In this document: piece by piece, positions 8,607 to 18,352 of the stretch | Layout: the number at the start of each line of letters is the position of its first letter | How positions within the stretch are numbered: position 1 is the stretch's first letter | UHGV virus genome: UHGV-0350099 | Origin: a virus | Length of the DNA stretch: 61,496 nt | Reading direction: 5' to 3' (one strand) | Position numbers and translations under genes: made by a program | Notes under the pieces: generated by a model | The model's database searches: none | What the model was told of the DNA's origin: nothing | The model's input: only the letters and a program-made list of their open reading frames with translations

Positions 8607-9680
8607 CTATTCGTAGTTAAGCTCACCGAACAGACTGAACATCAAGTCACCATCCAAAATTTCAAAGGGCAACTCGACATACTCATCCTTATGTCTCGGA
8701 ATTGCGTTGCCGTCGTTAGGGGCATTCTTGGTATAACCTTTTACATGTTTACCGTTTTCTTTTGTATACGGCAGCACGACAATTCGACCGTGATTTTTTG
8801 AAATGATAGTTCCTTCTTTCCAGAGCGTATTGCCTCTTGAGGTGGTTTCGCTTTCGCTAGCAACTTTAACACTCCAACCTACCTGATTTTTGTCCTCAAA
8901 CCAGAAAACAAAGTTGCCAACAACCAGTACCTTTTGCCCATTCCTGAGAGCTTCATCCAGCATTCTTTTTACGCTGGCGAGTTGCAGTAACCGGTTAGCA
9001 CGCGGCAGAAGCATTGAGCGAATAGTCGCTTTTGTTTTTCCCCAATGTGCAGCGCCTGATAAACCAAAACCTCTGGCTATGCGTTCTTGGTAGCAGATCT
9101 TCGCTGTCTTAGCTTTGTTGTTATATGAACATTCCCAAGTGTTAGGAGCAACGAGTTGAAGTGAAACTTGGAATTTGGGAAGAAAAACAAAATGTAAGTA
9201 AGGCATCTCGCTTAGCACGTCAAAAAGGGGTTGACGCAAAGTTTCGTAATCTGGGTTAATTATTAACTCATTTAATGTCACTCGCGGATCGTTGGCGTGT
9301 GCCTTAATTGCTTCGTTGAGCATTATATGCTCTTCATCCATGAGACGTGATTTGGCTTTGAGTGCTTTGTCAACTTTCAAACGCAATGACTTCTTTTGAA
9401 ACATAGATAGAGGAAGTTTTTCAATGTCAAAGCTCACGTTTTTATTCAGCTCTAATGCCGCTTTTCTTGCTTCAGGATAGTTATCGTAGTCGTCATCAAA
9501 AGCGTGGTTTGGCATACCACGATCAACATATCGCCGATACCAAGCAAGGGTTCCATCATTACGGAGTTTCAGACAGAACATCGACCATTTATTCCGTTCA
9601 TATTTAGGCTGAGGCCAAAAAGCCAGTTCGGGAAGGCCATATCCTGGAAGTCTATTCATGCGCATGGTGACAATATCCAC
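8607..9680 (-). CDS. Hypothetical protein in AT-rich accessory segment
   Basis: 357-aa ORF on minus strand; lower GC than flanking replication genes; no motif recognised. Confidence 0.5.
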   Translation of the reverse strand: MDIVTMRMNRLPGYGLPELAFWPQPKYERNKWSMFCLKLRNDGTLAWYRRYVDRGMPNHAFDDDYDNYPEARKAALELNKNVSFDIEKLPLSMFQKKSLRLKVDKALKAKSRLMDEEHIMLNEAIKAHANDPRVTLNELIINPDYETLRQPLFDVLSEMPYLHFVFLPKFQVSLQLVAPNTWECSYNNKAKTAKICYQERIARGFGLSGAAHWGKTKATIRSMLLPRANRLLQLASVKRMLDEALRNGQKVLVVGNFVFWFEDKNQVGWSVKVASESETTSRGNTLWKEGTIISKNHGRIVVLPYTKENGKHVKGYTKNAPNDGNAIPRHKDEYVELPFEILDGDLMFSLFGELNYE

Positions 9681-9922
9681 GAGGCTAAAACACTGATTCT
9701 AACATGATCTCCCTTGATAAATCTGTCAATGACATAGCATCTGGGGTTGGAGTCAAATTATGTTGTTCTTGGTATCCATTAGGAGCCTGTTTCTGTATAT
9801 AAATAATAAGTAACTTATTAAATATATACGGAAGCAGGTCTTTTAAAAGACACCACCAGACCAACTCCCTTCCGTTTTCACTTCCAAAAACTGACACCAG
9901 TCGCTATCATCCGTTCATTGTG

Positions 9923-9944
9923 ATAAGTAAGTAGCTACCTACCA
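9923..9944. promoter_or_regulatory. Palindromic intergenic motif GATAAGTAAGTAGCTACCTACC
   Basis: Member of dispersed TAAGTA/TACTTA family. Confidence 0.4.
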
Positions 9945-9954
9945 GGTGAGACAC

Positions 9955-10695
9955 ATGAGCCAAATCTTTTTCGATACCATCGACAACGACCAGTACGACT
10001 TCATGACAGAGTGGAATACCGCTGTTATGGACAAGTGGGTCGCTGAAAACATTGGTTTGTCGCGCTGTAAAGATGAGGCTGAACTCTTCGAGACGAAGTG
10101 GTTTGATTACCGCGACATGCATCCTCTGATGGCCACCTGTCTATTTACGGAGGCATACAAACGTCAGTACTCAAATATCATGCTGACGCACGGTCGCGAA
10201 CACTTTGAAACAGCTCCGTTCACCACCGGGTTAAAACGCCTGCCTTATCAGGAGTTGTCGACTGCCAATAAAACGTCGCTATGGAAAGCACGCCAGTTTG
10301 CTGACCGCTATTGCTGCTCATACGACTACTTTATCTCCACCGTTCTTTCCGCAGCTGCACGACGACTGTGGGACAAGCTGCCGCGTCCGCAGCATTTGTG
10401 GCAGCCAGAACTGATTGAGATATTTGAAGAGAAATTAGCCAGACGCGCAACAACCCGTCTGGATGACTCTCTCGTTAGCTTTAAGCATATGGGAGACATG
10501 CAGTTCAACCCGATTCAGGAAAGCTATTTTGGGTGGATTCTGGAGCGTTTACGCACCATCCCCCGCAGCAAGCGCATACGCGCAATTTTCTCCGCTATCT
10601 GGTTAATGGAAATCGTTCCAGAGCGCCTTATTTCCGCCCACTTTCCAGAAGAACTGGAAGAAGCACGGCGGTTTATTGATCCCCTATCTAATTAA
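9955..10695 (+). CDS. Hypothetical protein
   Basis: ORF frame with ATG 9955 after palindromic intergenic motif; no motif recognised. Confidence 0.5.
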   Translation: MSQIFFDTIDNDQYDFMTEWNTAVMDKWVAENIGLSRCKDEAELFETKWFDYRDMHPLMATCLFTEAYKRQYSNIMLTHGREHFETAPFTTGLKRLPYQELSTANKTSLWKARQFADRYCCSYDYFISTVLSAAARRLWDKLPRPQHLWQPELIEIFEEKLARRATTRLDDSLVSFKHMGDMQFNPIQESYFGWILERLRTIPRSKRIRAIFSAIWLMEIVPERLISAHFPEELEEARRFIDPLSN

Positions 10696-10703
10696 CTAAT
10701 ACT

Positions 10704-10723
10704 AGAAAACAATTTGTTTAAAA
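10704..10723. promoter_or_regulatory. AAACAATTTGTTTAA palindrome upstream of helicase gene
   Basis: AGAAAACAATTTGTTTAAAA followed by AAAGGAAAGCACATG. Confidence 0.5.
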
Positions 10724-10738
10724 AACAAAGGAAAGCAC

Positions 10739-12079
10739 ATGACCGAACTTTGCCATACAGGACGCGGGCTGTCCGAAGAGTTTGATGAAGATTTCCAGAA
10801 CAGACTGACGGCATATTTTTGTCGTGATCACGAGTTTCTTACTCGTGCGGGAGATCTGGTTGTGCCTAGCCAATTTGCCAATGCGGCCAATGCCATATTG
10901 GTTAATATGGTTTCGGGCTATTACCGTATGTACAAGAGCGCGCCCTCTTCATCTGCGATTCTGGATATGCTTAAGCGTGCGAAACGCGATAAGACTATCC
11001 GTGAGGAACTATTCGCCGATGTTGTTGCTGCGTTTAAGCGCATCCTTGCAGAAAAATTGTCTGATACCTCGTACATGGTTGACCAGGTATCAACCTTCGC
11101 AAAAAGCGTAGCGTTTGATGATGCTCTGATTAAGGCTGCTGAACTGAAAGAGAAGGGCGACTTTCAGGGGGCGATGGCAATCATGGCCAAGGTTCAGCAG
11201 ATTGGATCGAACGAAGCGACCGGAATCTATGACTACTACACCTCCGCAAGTGAGCGATTGAAAGCGCGTGAATATGAGGCTTCAGAGGAGTATGTGCCAA
11301 ACAGCATTACAACTGGACTCCCTCTGCTCGATAGGTTGCTGTACCAAAAAGGCTGGGCGAAGCGTGAAATGGTGCTCTTCATGGGGTTCGCTAAATCCGG
11401 TAAATCGACCGCAATGGGTGAGTTTTCCATAAACGCAACGCTTGCTGGCTACAATGTTCTGTATCTCTCGCTGGAGGTTCACACCACCATTTTATCCGAC
11501 CGTTTTGATGCAAGATTGTCGGAGACAGAAATGTCCAAGCTGGTGGAACGGCGCGATGAGGTTCATCGTAAGTTGGCAGAGTTGGGAGCCACGAAGGGGA
11601 TTGGTAGTTTGTGGGTTGTTGAGCGTCCGTCAGGAAGTATGTCACCGGCAGATCTGGATCGTATGCTTAACAGCATGAAAGCCAATGGCATGGTGCCTGA
11701 CATGGTTGTTGTCGACTATGCAGATTTGATGCGTGCCAGTTATGACCTTCGTGATGATCGCGCCAACATACGTAGTATCTATACCGACTTACGTGCTCTT
11801 TATGACAAACACAACGTTGCTGGTATCACGGCATCGCAGACAAACCGTGAAGGTGGCGCGTCAGAAGTTGCCACAATGATGCACGCTGCCGACAACATCG
11901 AAAAAGTACGTATTGCTGACCTGGTAATAACGATCAACAAAACCGAAGAAGAAGAAGCGAAAGGAGAGGCTCGTCTCTACTTTGCTGGTTCACGTAACCA
12001 GCAGGGAGGGATCAGCATTCGCGTTAAACAAAACCTCGAACAAATGCGCTTCATTGAGCGAATCTTAGACGTTACCTAA
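10739..12079 (+). CDS. DnaB-family/RecA-fold replicative DNA helicase
   Basis: Walker A GFAKSGKST, Walker B VVVDYADLM; conserved start context AAAGGAAAGCACATG. Confidence 0.65.
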   Translation: MTELCHTGRGLSEEFDEDFQNRLTAYFCRDHEFLTRAGDLVVPSQFANAANAILVNMVSGYYRMYKSAPSSSAILDMLKRAKRDKTIREELFADVVAAFKRILAEKLSDTSYMVDQVSTFAKSVAFDDALIKAAELKEKGDFQGAMAIMAKVQQIGSNEATGIYDYYTSASERLKAREYEASEEYVPNSITTGLPLLDRLLYQKGWAKREMVLFMGFAKSGKSTAMGEFSINATLAGYNVLYLSLEVHTTILSDRFDARLSETEMSKLVERRDEVHRKLAELGATKGIGSLWVVERPSGSMSPADLDRMLNSMKANGMVPDMVVVDYADLMRASYDLRDDRANIRSIYTDLRALYDKHNVAGITASQTNREGGASEVATMMHAADNIEKVRIADLVITINKTEEEEAKGEARLYFAGSRNQQGGISIRVKQNLEQMRFIERILDVT

Positions 12080-12161
12080 AAAATAAGCGTGGAGAACACC
12101 TCCACGCTTGATTCATTGGTGAAACAACTTTTCTTTTGCCAAACCACAAAAGAAAAACACA

Positions 12162-13342
12162 TGAGCCTTTATGTTATATCAACATTTAGGTTGGTCACAA
12201 TATTGCCTGTTAAAAGTGGAATTATCGTGAGCGAGCTGAAAGAGCTAATTACCGAATTAGATTTTGAACAATGGTTGGACACTGAAGGTATCGTTTATCG
12301 ACGTGGAGGCGTGAGTGCTCGCGGTCGTGAAGTGAATATCAAGGAGTGTCCGGTATGCGGCAGCTCCAACTGGAAGGTATATTTCAATCTGACCAGTGGC
12401 GTCGGTAAATGCTTCGCTGGTGATCATCCCGAAGAGATTCAGTTCAATAAGCTGGTCTTCCTCAAGCACTACAGCGGCAAATCACGACGACAGTTCGAGG
12501 AATATGTGCAGAACGCCCTTCTTTCCCAGGGGTGGGCACCAAAGAAAGAAGAGATAGTGCTTGCAAGCACAGTCGAGTTAGAGGGACCACTTGCACTCCC
12601 TCGTCATTACGAACTTCCTATAGATGGCCGTCTTCCAGACTATCTGGTTGAACGAAACATATCGCCTGAAATGGCAAAGTATTTTGACCTACGATACTGC
12701 GTCGAAGGCAAGCACGCTTATGTAGATCCGTATACAGATCAGGTTAAAGGACAGATATTCGATATGCGAATACTGATACCGGTTTACGATCTGGATGGGG
12801 TAATGAAGACATTTCAGGGGCGAGACATTACCGGTACAGCTGAACGTCGCTACCTCTTTCCTATGCAGCTTCCAGCTTCAGGTAAGTTTCTCTACAACGG
12901 CCATAATGCGGTCGGCAAACAGACTGTAGTTGTCTGTGAGGGGGCGTTCGATGTTATGGGAGTTAAACGAGCTATTTTTGATGAAGAAACATTACGTGAT
13001 TACGTGGAACCGATAGGAACGTTCGGGATGCATCTATCTGGTAACACCACTCAGGATGCAGAAGATCAGTTGGGCGCGTTCCTGACGCTCAAGGCGCGTG
13101 GATTACGTAATGTGATCATGATGTGGGATAGTGAAAAGCAAGCTATACGCAACACTATGGCCGCAGCCAGGCGACTGACCAGTATTGGTCTTAATGTCAA
13201 AGTAGCATGTTTGGGCGAGGAAGGACTCGACCCAGGCGATGCAACGCCAGAACAAATTATCAAAGCCTATTATCGGGCAAAACCGTATACCAAACAGTTG
13301 GAGTTGCAAAGCAAGGTTTTGGGCATTAAGGCGCTATCGTAA
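12162..13342 (+). CDS. DNA primase (zinc finger + Toprim)
   Basis: CPVCGSSNW...KCFAGDH zinc-binding motif; Toprim-like VVCEGAFDVMG and MMWDSEK; start chosen at ATG 12162 after AAAAACAC. Confidence 0.7.
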
Positions 13343-13354
13343 CAAGTGCCGCTA

Positions 13355-13377
13355 AAATAAGTAGATGATTACTTATC
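13355..13377. promoter_or_regulatory. Palindromic intergenic motif AAATAAGTAGATGATTACTTATC
   Basis: Member of dispersed TAAGTA/TACTTA family. Confidence 0.45.
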
Positions 13378-13417
13378 TTTCTGTAAGAATACTTTCATCT
13401 GTTAGCTAGGAGTTGGT

Positions 13418-14194
13418 ATGAAAGACGAAATTCAGAAATTAGCCTGCGACATCATTGATAAAACTGGTTTAGAAATCAGCGAGAGCAATCGACTAGACAT
13501 CATTGAAAAAGCGGTAAAAACAGCAATGGATCATATCGCCACTCGTTTGGTCGAGATCCCGCTACCAGGGCTACCTTATCTGAAAGTTGAGTTACACGTA
13601 TGGGGTGAACCTTCTTGTTCACGGCGTTCTGCATTAGTTGTTTTTATTAGCAAAGAAAACCCGCTCAGTCTTAAAGTGCAGGTTGGTGCATGGATGGATG
13701 GAAAAGTGATCTACACAAATACCGTTTTTTGTCTTTCAAACGACGAAACTATTGAAGCGGCCATTCAAGAAGCAGTTCTAGCAATGCGCAGCAGCGGTTT
13801 GATGAAGAATAACTACGAAGAGTACTTGCGTTCGATAAGTGGTGAAAAGACATTATCTCTGAAAGCAGATTTCGTTACCCCGAAAAATCTGTTGGAAGTC
13901 TTGCTTAATAAAGGGGCTAATGATGCCGTAAATGTAATCAGAGAGAGTGAGTATGCGTCTCTTTGCGACATGTGCAAAAGCCAGTTGGATCTGGTGCATA
14001 TCGTTATTGATGCTGGGAAGGCATGTGATGGCGTAATGGCGGAATTTGCTTGGAAGGTGGTCAGGATTGCTAACGAATTACCGATGATAGAGCAAGAGGC
14101 CAAATCATACGCCACCAATCATGTCACAGAGCTTCTTGTCCCCTATCGCTTAGAAAGCAATCAGCGCAAGATGGTTAGCTGGGGAAGTTGGTAA
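13418..14194 (+). CDS. Hypothetical protein
   Basis: 258-aa ORF, plus strand, preceded by palindromic motif at 13355-13377. Confidence 0.5.
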   Translation: MKDEIQKLACDIIDKTGLEISESNRLDIIEKAVKTAMDHIATRLVEIPLPGLPYLKVELHVWGEPSCSRRSALVVFISKENPLSLKVQVGAWMDGKVIYTNTVFCLSNDETIEAAIQEAVLAMRSSGLMKNNYEEYLRSISGEKTLSLKADFVTPKNLLEVLLNKGANDAVNVIRESEYASLCDMCKSQLDLVHIVIDAGKACDGVMAEFAWKVVRIANELPMIEQEAKSYATNHVTELLVPYRLESNQRKMVSWGSW

Positions 14195-14249
14195 TCTCTC
14201 CGCGCGTCGTTTTTTACGCAAATAACGATAGGTAAGTACAAGATTATTT

Positions 14250-14732
14250 ATGGCGGTAGTTGTGAAAGCTGATTTGTCAAAAATCCCTTCTATTTCAGGA
14301 AATAACGGTTATTCACTTCGTTGTGAGGAAGTAAAGATAAACGGTGAGTCGGCATATTGCAGCTATTCCGTTTGCCAGCACACCATTCTTGCCTTCAAAG
14401 AAAACCGTCTTCCTCGAACTTCTTTCCAGTCGTGCGCAGCCGCTATTAAAGCAGGCAAATGCAAGGCGTTAAAAATGATGGTTGAAGAGATTCGTAAAGG
14501 AGAATCTCTGTATTTCGAAGATATGACCGCGCTCATTAAGGAGGTTGAAGAACGGAATAAACAAGCCAGAACTATAAAACGAAAACGTGACAGTGTAACG
14601 ATTAATAGCATGGTTAAGAAGAGCACCACATCACAAACAGCGATCACTGACGTGTATGCGGCGTTGCTTGAAGAAACAACAAAAGAAACACATGAGCAAA
14701 TCGATCAACATATGGAGGCAAAACAACAATGA
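14250..14732 (+). CDS. Hypothetical Cys-rich protein
   Basis: 160-aa ORF with several Cys in the N-terminal half; no recognised motif. Confidence 0.45.
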   Translation: MAVVVKADLSKIPSISGNNGYSLRCEEVKINGESAYCSYSVCQHTILAFKENRLPRTSFQSCAAAIKAGKCKALKMMVEEIRKGESLYFEDMTALIKEVEERNKQARTIKRKRDSVTINSMVKKSTTSQTAITDVYAALLEETTKETHEQIDQHMEAKQQ

Positions 14733-16051
14733 AAAAGTTGATCGCACTTAAGCATAAGCTGGACGAAATGAAAGCTATGGGAACCAATGCAAAAAAAGAG
14801 GCATTGGCCAACATGGATGACTTCGAGCAAAGCATGGTTTCATTGATGCTCAACCCTTTCATCCGTTTTGGGGTAAAGAAATACAAAGTGGCAGAGCCGC
14901 TTAGTGAGTCCATCCCAAGTGACGAAAAAGCCATTGATGTACTGAATAAGCTGGCCTCTCGCGAGCTAACGGGGAACGCAGCAATAGCTGCTGTTGAGTC
15001 TATCGTGGCGTCAATGTGCGCCGATGGGCAGGACGTGTTCCGTCGTTTCCTCTTAAAAGATCCGAAAGCTGGCGTTGGGATTAGCCTATGCAACAAGGTT
15101 TTTGAAAATCCCATTCCGAAATTTGAGGTGCAGCTGGCGTCACCGTATAAAGAAAAAGGCGACAAATACCCCTTCAAGCCAAATCCTAAAGCCAAATGGC
15201 CGATGATTGGCAGCCTTAAGCTCGATGGTTTGCGAGTAATTTGTGAGGTTATTGTTGACGAGGAAGAGGTGAACTTCCTTTCTCGTACTGGTAATCCAAT
15301 CACGTCTCTCGATCACCTAAAGCCAGCCATGCTCGAATTAGGCAAACTTTCAGGCCACAAACACATCTTCTTCGATGGTGAAGGAACAGCCGGTTCATTT
15401 AACCAGTCCGTATCTGCATTGCGCAAAAAGAACGTGCAGGCAATTGGCGCTATTTATCATGTTTTCGACTTCTTCCTACCGGAATGGCGGGCACAGGCTA
15501 AATCCAAAGAGTATGCAAAGACAGGTATGAAGCTGAAAGAGCGCCTGGCTATTCTCGTGGCGTTGTTCAAAAACGATCGCAGTGAAGACTACGCGCAAGA
15601 CATTCACCTACATCCGTTCTACATCATCCATAGCCACGAAGACTTCATCGAACGCTTCATGAAACGCCTGGACGATAACGAAGAAGGGGAGATGGGCAAA
15701 GATCCGAACTCTGTTTACGAGTTTAAACGTACCCGCAGCTGGTGGAAGTTAAAAGACGAAGATTCAGAAGATGGTGAAATTATCGACTTTGAGCCGGGCG
15801 ACCCGGACTCTGGTTTTGCCAACACACTTGGAAAAATTGTTATTCGTCTTGAAAACGGCGTCATCGTTCGTGCGAGCGGCATTAAGCATAAATATCTGGA
15901 CGAGATCTGGAACAACAAAGAGAAGTACCGTGGTCGTATTGTCGAGGTTCATTGTCACGAGAAAACACCGGACGGCAGCTTACGCCACCCACGACTGAAA
16001 TGGCCGCGTTGCTTACGCGATACCGAAGATCGAATCGGAGATAAAGAATGA
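14729..16051 (+). CDS. ATP-dependent DNA ligase
   Basis: Adenylation motif KLDGLR (SLKLDGLRVI); size 440 aa; start overlaps previous stop. Confidence 0.8.
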   Translation: MKKLIALKHKLDEMKAMGTNAKKEALANMDDFEQSMVSLMLNPFIRFGVKKYKVAEPLSESIPSDEKAIDVLNKLASRELTGNAAIAAVESIVASMCADGQDVFRRFLLKDPKAGVGISLCNKVFENPIPKFEVQLASPYKEKGDKYPFKPNPKAKWPMIGSLKLDGLRVICEVIVDEEEVNFLSRTGNPITSLDHLKPAMLELGKLSGHKHIFFDGEGTAGSFNQSVSALRKKNVQAIGAIYHVFDFFLPEWRAQAKSKEYAKTGMKLKERLAILVALFKNDRSEDYAQDIHLHPFYIIHSHEDFIERFMKRLDDNEEGEMGKDPNSVYEFKRTRSWWKLKDEDSEDGEIIDFEPGDPDSGFANTLGKIVIRLENGVIVRASGIKHKYLDEIWNNKEKYRGRIVEVHCHEKTPDGSLRHPRLKWPRCLRDTEDRIGDKE

Positions 16052-16263
16052 TCGTATTAAGTAAAAGGGAGAAAGAAACGCTTCATGAAATCAGTAAGTG
16101 GCCGGAGTTCCCTGAGTACTGGAAGCCTAAAACGCGAGCTAAGTTAGAGCGTTTAGGGTTGGTTGCAAACGTTTCTGAAACGTGGTGCTCGGCCAACTAC
16201 CAGTTAACTGATAAAGGGAAAGTATTGCTACAGCAATTAGTAGAATCAGGAGTGTTAAAATGA
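16048..16263 (+). CDS. Hypothetical small protein
   Basis: 71-aa ORF translationally coupled to ligase (overlapping stop/start). Confidence 0.4.
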   Translation: MIVLSKREKETLHEISKWPEFPEYWKPKTRAKLERLGLVANVSETWCSANYQLTDKGKVLLQQLVESGVLK

Positions 16264-16412
16264 TTCCATACATCTCATTAGCTTTTATGGGTGGCTTCCT
16301 TATCGGCTTCGGCATCTGTCGTGATTTAATTAAGCAGGAACTTAAAACCAAAACACTGTGCATCGGAAAGCGTGTGTATCGGGTAGTTCATGAAATAAAG
16401 GTTAGAAAATGA
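16260..16412 (+). CDS. Small membrane protein (50 aa)
   Basis: Unlisted short ORF MIPYISLAFMGGFLIGFGIC..., ATGA-coupled to both neighbours. Confidence 0.3.
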   Translation: MIPYISLAFMGGFLIGFGICRDLIKQELKTKTLCIGKRVYRVVHEIKVRK

Positions 16413-16699
16413 GCAATTTAACTTCTTGGGACTGGTGGTTGGCCACCTATTTCTTAGCGGCCGGAGTCGCATTCGCCTTTTACGTAGGTCAGTTAGTCGT
16501 AAAACTGTTGCTGATTAAATTTGCTAGTCATAAACGTATCGATGATGGTCTGTGGCGTCTTGGCACACTGGTGGAAACTCGCTACGGGCAACTTAAGGAG
16601 AACGAAACCATTACTATCCAGGCGAAACGATTCACTGCCACCATCACAAGAACACCTAGTCGTAGAGTGGCCTTGATCAAAAAAGTCACAACCGAATAA
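16409..16699 (+). CDS. Small membrane protein
   Basis: 96 aa with N-terminal hydrophobic helix WWLATYFLAAGVAFAFYVGQLVV. Confidence 0.4.
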   Translation: MSNLTSWDWWLATYFLAAGVAFAFYVGQLVVKLLLIKFASHKRIDDGLWRLGTLVETRYGQLKENETITIQAKRFTATITRTPSRRVALIKKVTTE

Positions 16700-16708
16700 A
16701 AACATCAT

Positions 16709-16730
16709 GATAAGTATTTACTTACTTATC
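16709..16730. promoter_or_regulatory. Palindromic intergenic motif GATAAGTATTTACTTACTTATC (dispersed family)
   Basis: Near-perfect palindrome of TAAGTA/TACTTA half-sites; one of about 15 similar intergenic sites. Confidence 0.5.
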
Positions 16731-16895
16731 TTTTATGTATAAGATGACTTTGTTTTCGTTGAGACGCGACTGTTTGAACTTAAATACAAGTGCAAACGAA
16801 GAAGTCTATCTGGCAGTAGCCTAATAAGCCAAACACCAGCGAGGTCAGTTTCCAGCCTCGTTACCGAAATGGGACACACTGAGCGAGTGTGATTG

Positions 16896-17015
16896 CAGAA
16901 CGCAGGAGGGAACATTCATGTTCCCTCCGATGAAGTAACAGAATGGGCGGTTGGTATATTTTCAACTCCATATGACTCCCGGATTCTTAGCCACTGACCG
17001 CCCATTCTGTTACGT
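16896..17015 (+). other. Two strong hairpins in tRNA leader region (candidate small structured RNAs)
   Basis: GGAGGGAACAT-TC-ATGTTCCCTCC (16896-16921) and AACAGAATGGGCGG ... CCGCCCATTCTGTT (16936-17015). Confidence 0.35.
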
Positions 17016-17087
17016 CATTTTGTTCAATTATGTCGTTTATACTGGGTTAAAAAGCGGCGACGTAGCCCGGCTGGTATGGTTAGCCAG

Positions 17088-17271
17088 CACACAACGTTGA
17101 GGCCATTACATTTTTATCAATTCTAAGGTTCTATTCACAGAGATACCGGCGAGCGTTGATATGTAACATGTTGGGCAAACATTCAATCGGAGTAGTGGCC
17201 TCAACGTTGTGAAGACAGGATTGTTGTGTAGGTTTAACCACTGTTGCCATTGGTGCCTGTTTTCACAACAA
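17088..17271 (+). ncRNA. Long hairpins with CACAACG...CGTTGTG stems (structured RNA family, unknown function)
   Basis: CACAACGTTGAGGCCAT (17088-17104) pairs with GTGGCCTCAACGTTGTG (17195-17211); TTGTTGTG/CACAACAA at 17221-17271. Confidence 0.35.
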
Positions 17272-17477
17272 ATGATTCCATACATCACATTGTATAAATT
17301 TCAAAGTAGGTGCTGTCCTCAGAAACATCATCTACTTAAAGATTTTGCCTTCTACTATTGAGCGAAGTCGAAAGCGTCTGGCACTAACGAAAAGTGCAAG
17401 TAGCGGTGCGTTTCCTGGCAGAAACTAAACCGTCGCGATTGGCACTGTTGAGTAATAAATACTGGCAGTGCTGAATT

Positions 17478-17552
17478 GATGGTGTAGCTCAGCGGTAGAG
17501 CAGTTGGCTGTTAACCAACTGGTCGGTGGTTCGAATCCACCCACCATCGCCA
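17478..17552 (+). tRNA. tRNA-Asn (anticodon GUU)
   Basis: Hand-folded cloverleaf: acceptor GATGGTG/CACCATC, D-stem GCTC/GAGC, anticodon loop CTGTTAA, T-loop GGTTCGAATCC, 3' CCA. Confidence 0.8.
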
Positions 17553-17557
17553 ATTTA

Positions 17558-17644
17558 GGGGAGTTAGTCCGTAGGGGCAGCGGGGTAGACTGTAAATCTA
17601 CTGTCATTGCGACTCGGGTGGTTCGACTCCATCACTCCCCACCA
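17558..17644 (+). tRNA. tRNA-Tyr (anticodon GUA), long variable arm
   Basis: Acceptor GGGGAGT/ACTCCCC, anticodon loop CTGTAAA, T-loop GGTTCGACTCC, CCA end; architecture like bacterial tRNA-Tyr. Confidence 0.7.
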
Positions 17645-17648
17645 AATT

Positions 17649-17724
17649 GCCGGTTTAGCTCAGTTGGTAGAGCGCCTGCCTTGTAAGCAGGATGTCAGCG
17701 GTTCGATCCCGTTAACCGGCACCA
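17649..17724 (+). tRNA. tRNA-Thr (anticodon UGU)
   Basis: Acceptor GCCGGTT/AACCGGC, D-stem GCTC/GAGC, anticodon arm CCTGC-CTTGTAA-GCAGG, T-loop GGTTCGATCC, CCA. Confidence 0.75.
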
Positions 17725-17732
17725 ACACAACA

Positions 17733-17944
17733 GGTAAGAGCATTGGGCGAATCGGCGATACTGACCCACAAGCCCGTAAATCGATAGAGTCAGACCAGTG
17801 CTCTTACCGTTGTGAGGAAGTGCAGCTCTTTGAAGCAACCAGAAGATAAGCATCTGGCTTCACAACACAACGATAAGATCATTACGGTTAATCGTCGTTC
17901 ATGTGCACAATGACTGGTCGAAAGGTAGTGATCTTACCGTTGTG
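17733..17944 (+). ncRNA. Three further long hairpins of the same family between tRNAs
   Basis: GGTAAGAGCATTGG/CCAGTGCTCTTACC (17733-17807); GTTGTGAGG/CTTCACAAC (17809-17857); CACAACGATAAGATC/GATCTTACCGTTGTG (17856-17944). Confidence 0.35.
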
Positions 17945-18044
17945 ATGAATGCACAGGCTGATGTGCCGCAACTACAGTAGTGCGCGCTTTGCGGGGCTTG
18001 CTACAACCCTGTGTCGGAGTTCAGCACCGACCATCACAATAGCT

Positions 18045-18131
18045 GGAGAGTAGGGAGCATGGTGCTCAAGCGGTCTTGAAATCCGTCCCATTGTGCAAAC
18101 GATGATGGTTCGATTCCATTACTCTCCGCCA
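18045..18131 (+). tRNA. tRNA-Ser(UGA)-like, long variable arm, possibly degenerate
   Basis: Acceptor GGAGAGT/ACTCTCC + CCA, anticodon loop CTTGAAA, T-loop GGTTCGATTCC; anticodon stem has a T-T mismatch and D-arm is atypical. Confidence 0.45.
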
Positions 18132-18133
18132 GA

Positions 18134-18211
18134 CACAGCGTTGAGCGGTTTGGCCTTTTAATCACCCAGATTAAGACTCCGCTAACATAAACCAGACCGC
18201 TCAACGCTGTG
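18134..18211 (+). ncRNA. 20-bp inverted repeat hairpin following tRNA-Ser-like
   Basis: CACAGCGTTGAGCGGTTTGG ... CCAGACCGCTCAACGCTGTG, same CAACG/CGTTG stem signature as upstream hairpins. Confidence 0.35.
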
Positions 18212-18287
18212 ATAGACAATTACGGCAGACGTTCTTAACCATAGCTTGCTAACATCCTAGCAACACTTTTTTTCAGCGCAAAATTCA

Positions 18288-18309
18288 AAGGGGCTTCGGC
18301 CCCTTTTTT
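18288..18309 (+). terminator. Rho-independent terminator after tRNA cluster
   Basis: GGGGC-TTCG-GCCCC followed by TTTTTT. Confidence 0.6.
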
Positions 18310-18352
18310 GCAACTGAAAGAGTCAAGTCTACGAACTTTGTAGGAAGAAATA

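Noticed and set aside
17425-18219. ORFs 17425-17607(-), 17504-17686(+), 17607-17849(+), 18034-18219(-)
   Set aside because: They overlap hand-folded tRNA genes and hairpins and have no RBS; treated as non-coding.
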